Of a stretch of 64,000 nucleotides of DNA, positions 59,201 to 64,000 are shown piece by piece. A program made the position numbers and the translations under genes. The notes under the pieces are model-generated. The model saw nothing but the letters and a program-made list of their open reading frames with translations, ran no database searches and was not told where the DNA came from. Each line of letters opens with the position of its first letter. Positions within the stretch are counted from its first letter, which is position 1. Origin of the DNA: Candidatus Bathyarchaeota archaeon (GTDB lineage: Archaea; Thermoproteota; Bathyarchaeia; 40CM-2-53-6); contig CAVTBR010000002.1 in assembly GCA_963733055.1 (NCBI GenBank), forward strand, positions 256,001 to 320,000, in the 5' to 3' direction.

Positions 59201-59727
59201 TCCCGGTCCAAGATTACGGGTACAGCCAGCTCGGAAAGCATCGACGCTTTCCCTGTCCAATTGAAACCCATTCGATCTACGTAGGCCTTTTCCTTCCTCA
59301 CATCTGAGACTCTCACCGTTGCCTTCTTCCTTGCGGCTTTGACTACCACTCCTTTTCCGTCTAATGGCATTTCAAGGAAGGTTGCCTTGATTCCCTTGCT
59401 TCCTTTGATTCGTAGGCATCCATGTTCAACGAAGAGGATATCAGCGAAATCGAAACCGAGTGCGGACCGCATTGCATTCAAAGTGTATTCTGCTATCGCC
59501 TCACGAGTTGGGGCCCCGTTCAATTGCAATGCATGACTGTGGAGTACCAGAAGCTTCTCCTGGTACCCCACGCGCCTTCGTCTCACCGGCTTCGAGACTA
59601 CGGCCCTTCGTTTTCCTTGTTTCAAATTCCCGTCGACACTCTTGAACACGGATGTCTTAACACAGATGTTCCTCAATGGGCGAAGGTTATGTCGAAAACG
59701 CAGTTTTGGCTGCCCAGTGAGGCGCAT
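56209..59727 (-). CDS. Cytoplasmic sensor histidine kinase, GAF-PAS-PAS-GAF-GAF-PAS-HisKA-HATPase
   Basis: VGHDLRNPL, NLIKNAVEA, DTGVGI and GIGLGL; no TM. True start probably downstream (~59590) because the ORF start overlaps the V4R gene. Confidence 0.92.
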   Translation of the reverse strand: MRLTGQPKLRFRHNLRPLRNICVKTSVFKSVDGNLKQGKRRAVVSKPVRRRRVGYQEKLLVLHSHALQLNGAPTREAIAEYTLNAMRSALGFDFADILFVEHGCLRIKGSKGIKATFLEMPLDGKGVVVKAARKKATVRVSDVRKEKAYVDRMGFNWTGKASMLSELAVPVILDREAVGVLNVESKRLKAFSDEDQKLLETLGTHVGSAMSRLRRDETLHASLSLQIATLDSTADGILVVDRNGKVTTYNRRFAELWRIPDPLLETKNDAKLLEFVLDQLEHPEQFLAKVQELYSTPKKESFDTLRFKDGRVFERYSQPQRMREDILGRVWSFRDVTERKQMEENIIESEEKYRAIVENSSNMISILQDGRMKYVNRAACEKTGWTFEEMTSPSFNLFDKLVPARFRDLITQNMARRLRGEHVQPYEINALTRDGIEYPVVIRAERITFHGKPADAVTIIDMSDQKRVEETLHRRAEELQALQATLLDITRRQDLPTLLNAIVERAAGLVGAPSGGMYICDPDRREARCAVSYNTRKSAVGTVLKYGEGAAGKVAENGQPLIIEDYRTWEGRAAAYEKDQPFRAVLSAPMLWQGQVIGVIDVLNDEVGHFTESDLKLLELFANHAAIAVESTQAQEQLQRHAEELAALQAIVLDITGARGDLPNLLESIVERAVRLLDGQGGGLDLCDSEKRQVRCVVSYNTPHDFRGVVLKYGEGSSGRVAETGKPLIIDDYNKWESAVSISGARDLGAEISVPMIWRGQVTGVIQVIRKSATRRFTQSDLDLLMLFANHAAIAVENMRRAETLENLIEERTGALRDSEAKYRSVVQNVPVVVWTTDQEWNTIFITPNVGEVYGYSLDQVYTGGYHVWKERIHPDDLPIIERAYELLFTEGKLFDVDYRFQRTDGKWVWLHESANKTYEINGVRYTDGVTTNITERKEIEERLRKAERLAAIGETAAMVGHDLRNPLQAISAALYVLEKKLAPIADEKIKEMLEAIENSVQYSDRIVDDLLGYSEDTQLELSETTPRSMVSDAFLQVKIPENISVMDSTSDDPRLNVDAAMVRRVIVNLIKNAVEAMPNGGKLEITSNKSNNWVELKLSDTGVGIPENVLRELWKPLITTKPKGIGLGLAICKRIVDSHKGSISVESREGIGTTFTLKFPLIRGQQGAEGT

Positions 59728-60191
59728 TCCCTCTCGACGCTGCCGACTGACTTCTTGCCAAGATAAGCCTCAAGCCAGCCAACGACTAGCCCACGGATCA
59801 GATGGCATGTTGGTACTTTGGCCTGACGCTCATGCGATAAAATGCTGTCAGCTATGGAATATGTGTAGATACTCTTCCCATCTTCTTTCCTAGTCTCAGC
59901 CTTGATGATTCTCCCCCAACCTCGAAGTCTAAGAAACCTGTCGCCTAACCTTACAAGATCTTCCTCTGTGTGAATCTCATCTTTCGAATATGCAAACTCC
60001 GACCGCCCTATCTCGGCCCCCATTTGGCCGAGAAGGACAGCACTTACTGCCGGCCCAGCCACGACAACGAGTTTATCGACGAAGCTCTGGAAGGTCTTTG
60101 CTCTGAGAGACATTATACGGATTTTGCCCTCAAGAATCCAACCTTTCTCGACGTCTCGTTCTAGTGGAGGCGTCCCGTTAGATTCGGACAC
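59673..60191 (-). CDS. Stand-alone V4R domain protein
   Basis: RGWG, CHLIRG...G and ERECASLGSQNCVF. Confidence 0.85.
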   Translation of the reverse strand: MSESNGTPPLERDVEKGWILEGKIRIMSLRAKTFQSFVDKLVVVAGPAVSAVLLGQMGAEIGRSEFAYSKDEIHTEEDLVRLGDRFLRLRGWGRIIKAETRKEDGKSIYTYSIADSILSHERQAKVPTCHLIRGLVVGWLEAYLGKKSVGSVERECASLGSQNCVFDITFAH

Positions 60192-60357
60192 TGTACCCCT
60201 CTCTCCTTCTTCGACCTCGTGAGTTGTACAAGTGCCATAGGACCCCAGACATCAACGGCCTCATTGAGACAAAATCCACATATAAGATGGGCTTTGTGTG
60301 GAAATCGAGTTAATTAGCACAATCCCGCACCACCCCTCCTAGAGAGGTTCAGTTCTG

Positions 60358-61110
60358 GTGCGTATTGGAGAAATTATCGCTCTTGCTGCTGCCGTTTTTT
60401 CTGCAGCATTTTATGCGCTGGGGCAGGGCACTGAGATTCTAACGTTGTTTTCTAACTATGGTCTCATAGCCTACATGGCAAGCGCGGCGCTCATAGGACT
60501 CGTCGCATACAAGAAACTGGGCCCATCGAAGATTACCAATCTCACCCTCGGTTACGCCATTGGCCTTCTACCCTGGGCAGTTGGCCTAGCAATCTACACG
60601 TACGCCTACTACGTCTCGATGACCGGGTTGTCCTACCTTTCGATAGCCGACGTCTTCTACTTGCTTTCATACCCTCCATGGATTATCAGCGCCGTCCTCA
60701 CGCTGCGAACTGTCCATCGAGCCGTCGGCCGGAATGCTTGGCTTGCCGTAATCGCAACGGGCGTTGTTCTCTATTTACTCGTCGGTGTCTTGGTCATCCC
60801 ACCGTCGATTAGCGATCTTAGTTCGCTGGAAGCTTTCGTTACAGCCCTCTATCCATCATTGGATCTCGCGTTCTTTCTGCTGGTCTTGCCTCTCTTATTC
60901 GCGTTCAGAAAGGGACTGCTAGAGCGGCCCTATGCTTTCATAACGCTCGGAGCTTTGCTTCTAGCACTTGGCGACCTCGCCTACGCGGTTTTGAGTGTCG
61001 CAGGTTTATACTACGACGGACATCCGATGGATCTTCTCCTCTTCGTTGGATGCATTAGCGCCGGTTACGGATTCTGGCGTCAGCAAGCCGACCTGGCTAG
61101 GTTGAAGTGA
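60358..61110 (+). CDS. Polytopic membrane protein resembling a stand-alone membrane sensor module
   Basis: About 8 TM; SIADVFYLLSYP, LYPSLDL and LGDLAY motifs recall N-terminal sensor regions of bacterial GGDEF/HK proteins. Confidence 0.7.
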   Translation: MRIGEIIALAAAVFSAAFYALGQGTEILTLFSNYGLIAYMASAALIGLVAYKKLGPSKITNLTLGYAIGLLPWAVGLAIYTYAYYVSMTGLSYLSIADVFYLLSYPPWIISAVLTLRTVHRAVGRNAWLAVIATGVVLYLLVGVLVIPPSISDLSSLEAFVTALYPSLDLAFFLLVLPLLFAFRKGLLERPYAFITLGALLLALGDLAYAVLSVAGLYYDGHPMDLLLFVGCISAGYGFWRQQADLARLK

Positions 61111-61333
61111 GTCAAAGTACTTGAGTCAGTGCAGTTCACTCTAGTTGCCTTAGAATTCGAACTTCGTCTTTGGCCCTACCCAAACCGAGTTCACACTCGG
61201 GCGTAACCATTGCAAACCGCGGCCTTCCGGATATCGCATCCCGAGATCGGTCTATGCGATTATGTTTGATTCGTATTGTCCTGTTAGAGGCTTTCCTTCG
61301 GTGAACCTGCTCGCGGAAAACGGTGTCATGCTT

Positions 61334-61730
61334 TCAGGTTTGTTGCCGCTCAGAACGAATTGAGCCATGCGTTTTCCTACAAGCAAGCTTCTTGATGATA
61401 AACACTAGGCCGACCGCCACAATAGAAATCCCCGCATACTGAAGCGGGAATATCACCGCCATCACGACCAACGCGAAAAGCGGGTTGGGGAGAACGACCG
61501 CCAGCAACGCGGCCATCGTTCCAAGAACAGCCCCAGGCGCGGGAACCCCTGGGAACAGCACGGTAACTGCCAATCCGAGCGCTGCACTGCTGAACATTAA
61601 TGGGAAGAACTGACCGCCTTTCCAGCCGCCTGCCAGCAGCACGTTGATCAGAAATAGGCGCGCCAGTGCGATGAGAAATAGCGACCAGAAACCCAGTTGA
61701 ACCGCGTCGTCGTAAGCCGGCTGAAACTGA
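61334..61730 (-). pseudogene. C-terminal fragment of a ClC-type chloride channel
   Basis: GWKGGQFFPLMF (GGxFxP ClC motif); only about 130 aa of a ~400-aa protein, with no room for an N-terminal part. Confidence 0.65.
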
Positions 61731-61898
61731 TGCTGCCACCGCGTTTCCACACTTGCTAAAGCTGAAAGGTGCCCACGAAACTTGTGAAAGCAAATTGGGT
61801 ATGTAATATGCTAGGGTTTCCGACAAAAGATGTCGGCGCAAATTCGCTGCGGTCATGTCAGTAAAGCTTAGGTGGGTACGGAATCAGTCTTTTGTCTC

Positions 61899-62498
61899 AT
61901 GAGTTCGAAGCTTCCAAAGTACTCGACGAGGGAATTATCGTCGAAAACATGGAGAGATTTCGAGAGACTATTCCGGAAGCCTGGCGAATGGTGCAATTGT
62001 CAGTGTATGTACTTTCATCGACAGGGGCCCGTGCCCGATAAAGGGAGACAACGGTTGACCGCTAAGGAGAGGAACGAGAAGAACTTCAACGACAAGAGAG
62101 ACCTCGTGAAAGAAGGGCTCTCTCACGGCATACTGGTCTACTCGGATGGGGAGGCGATAGGGTGGTGTCAATACGGCCTCAAGGAAGAACTGCCGCGAAT
62201 CGACCATACACCCCAGTACCGCAAGGTATCCCTCGACAGAGGAGGGAGGAAACTATGGAGGATTACCTGTTTCTGCGTCGACAAAAAATATCGCAATCGC
62301 GGGGTGGCAATCGCCGGCCTACATGCCGCAATGGGCTCGATACGGAAGAAGGGAGGGGGACTGGTCGAAGCCTATCCAACCACTCGCAAAAGCGTATTGG
62401 CGGCCCACCGCGGAACGGTGCCGATGTTCAAGAACGAAGGATTCGATCTCGTGACTCCCCTCGGCAAAGGCAACGTTCTGATGCGGCGGACAATCTAG
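61899..62498 (+). CDS. GNAT-family acetyltransferase
   Basis: W.DFE.LF, CQCM, GWCQYG, WRITCF.V...YR.RGVA and EAYP. Confidence 0.85.
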   Translation: MSSKLPKYSTRELSSKTWRDFERLFRKPGEWCNCQCMYFHRQGPVPDKGRQRLTAKERNEKNFNDKRDLVKEGLSHGILVYSDGEAIGWCQYGLKEELPRIDHTPQYRKVSLDRGGRKLWRITCFCVDKKYRNRGVAIAGLHAAMGSIRKKGGGLVEAYPTTRKSVLAAHRGTVPMFKNEGFDLVTPLGKGNVLMRRTI

Positions 62499-62935
62499 CA
62501 ATTCACGGTCTGCGGAAGCGGTTTTTGGGATTCCGCCCAGGAGGCTTGTCGTTCGTTGAGTACTAAGCCTATAGAAACAAGCGGATGTACTTGCGCCGAA
62601 AGATGAATCCCTTCGAACCCTCGAGTGACCGTCCCCACGACAAAACAACCCCAAAGAGAAAGGTCGTCAGCAAATTCGTATGGAAGAACATTAGGAAGGC
62701 TATCGGAAGAGACGAAGCAAAAGAACAGATTCGTAGCGGTGTTTCGCGGTGTTGGGGGGCCTTTTGCGAAAGGCTCGCAAGTGTCGTCATCACCGGTGAA
62801 TTTTCAACGGGCATGCTGCCATCGCCGTTTAATTATCCGTTGGAAGCTGTGAGATTTTGCAACGTAAGCAGTCGTGGTCGGAATGTCTGGGAAGATTTAA
62901 CACTCCGGTCATGCAAAGGCGCGCGGTCGATTGAA

Positions 62936-63181
62936 TTGGTTCTAAATCCGGTAATCGTACTGAACCTGCTGTTCGATCTGGGCATACTCCTTCTGAGCAT
63001 TTTCGTTTACAAAGAGAAGAAAAGCCCGTTGGCATTGTGGGTGGCGATTGCTTTCTGCATCTTCGCCCTCTCATACACGCTGACTATTCTGGGACTCGGA
63101 AGTCAAACTATTCTGATTCCGCTCAGGTCGCTCGGTTACTTGTCCGTCATGGCCGGCCTCATTCTACAACTGAAAAAGTGA
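62936..63181 (+). CDS. Small 3-TM membrane protein
   Basis: Hydrophobic part of ORF 62585; TTG start inferred. Confidence 0.6.
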   Translation: MVLNPVIVLNLLFDLGILLLSIFVYKEKKSPLALWVAIAFCIFALSYTLTILGLGSQTILIPLRSLGYLSVMAGLILQLKK

Positions 63182-64000
63182 CCGTGATTGGCCCATGCTC
63201 TTTCGTCTTCGAAAGAAGACCACGCTTAGCAAGCCAAAGGCGACACCCAGCCCGATGCTCACCAATGAGAACGCTGGGATGGGGAGAAACCTTGTTCCGC
63301 TCGTCGTAGTCGTCACTGTGGTTGTATTTGCTGGGAAGGGATACAACGGGAGTACGAGCGGTGCGCGGGGGCTCTGTGTGAAGTCGAAGTCTTGCATCAA
63401 ATCTCCTAAGAGTGGCGAGTTTTCGCGTACATCGGGTCTCGAGTCGGGTCTTCCATCGTTATTCGGGTCCAGGCGTTGACCGTTTAGGAAGATGTCTTCA
63501 ATGAATTTCAGGTAGGAGTCGAAGCTTAGGTTCTGGTGGTCAATGAAACCCTGTTTCGCGTAGGGGCTAATCACGATTGCTGGAACAGCGGAAGCCGTAG
63601 CCGTTCTGGTCCGCGACTGGTGGCACGACGTGATCGTAGAAACCGCCCCAGTCATCCCAGGTGAGGAAAATTGCGGTGGTGCCCCATTCAGGACTTTGCA
63701 TTATCGCGTTCACCAGACCCGTCACGTAAGCCTGCCCGCGACTCACTAGAGACGGCGGATGCTCACTATCCCTCCCGTTTGGTATAATCCATGAAACCGA
63801 CGGCAACGTCCCATTGTCCAACGCCGCGTAAAGGTTCTTGAGATTCTGAACGTTCGCCAACTGCGCGTCTTGATGTACTGTCTGAAAGTCTGGAAGCGGA
63901 TTCCAGATCTCAGGAACTCCAGTAGGGTTAGTCACAGTCGCGCAATCGCCATCATAACAATCATCAGGGTCTCTAGTGGCGCCTCCATCGACGTAGTAAG
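63164..64000 (-). CDS. Second phosphoesterase/phospholipase C paralog (5' end outside the window) with a 1-nt frameshift near 63587
   Basis: SEHPP and WDDWGGFYDHV in one frame, VPAIVISPY and IPAF-TM-RRRK in the other; frame open to the window end. Confidence 0.82.

Noticed and set aside
62585-62935. N-terminal 117 aa of ORF 62585-63181
   Set aside because: Composition looks non-coding; only the hydrophobic part from 62936 is protein-like

Overview
Archaeal chromosomal window, most consistent with a TACK lineage such as Bathyarchaeia. This is an inference from the unlinked 5S rRNA, DUF1512, archaeal PheRS/TyrS/TrpS, aRF1, DnaG, PolB3-like polymerase, many TTG/GTG starts and bacterial-type PfkA/GAPDH. 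In order it holds: (1) an hdrCBA-mvhDGA electron-bifurcating heterodisulfide reductase/[NiFe]-hydrogenase operon, with mvhA cut by the window edge; (2) an accessory region (~6-33 kb) with Fe-S, metal and stress genes, a GH130-PMM-PfkA sugar cluster, Thr/Tyr-rich surface proteins, an agmatinase/nitrilase/APC permease/GcvT-like/flavoprotein amine cluster, a surface phosphoesterase and an ACT-V4R protein; (3) a housekeeping block (5S rRNA, map, trpS, pheST, tyrS, gap, dnaG, polB, rps11, aRF1, pyrH, ttuA-like, SRP RNA); (4) a V4R/PAS-GAF histidine kinase/response regulator module and gene fragments. The strongest unexplained signals are three structured intergenic elements (twin RGCCA-loop hairpins just upstream of the SRP RNA, a multi-helix element between pheT and tyrS, and a ~230-nt nested-helix element at 18.85-19.08 kb) and a family-B polymerase with intact polymerase motifs but all three proofreading motifs degenerate. 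Several single-base lesions (pheT, phosphoesterase, one in-frame TAG) may be assembly errors. No CRISPR array, tRNA or transposase was recognised. All family assignments come from motif recognition, not database searches.
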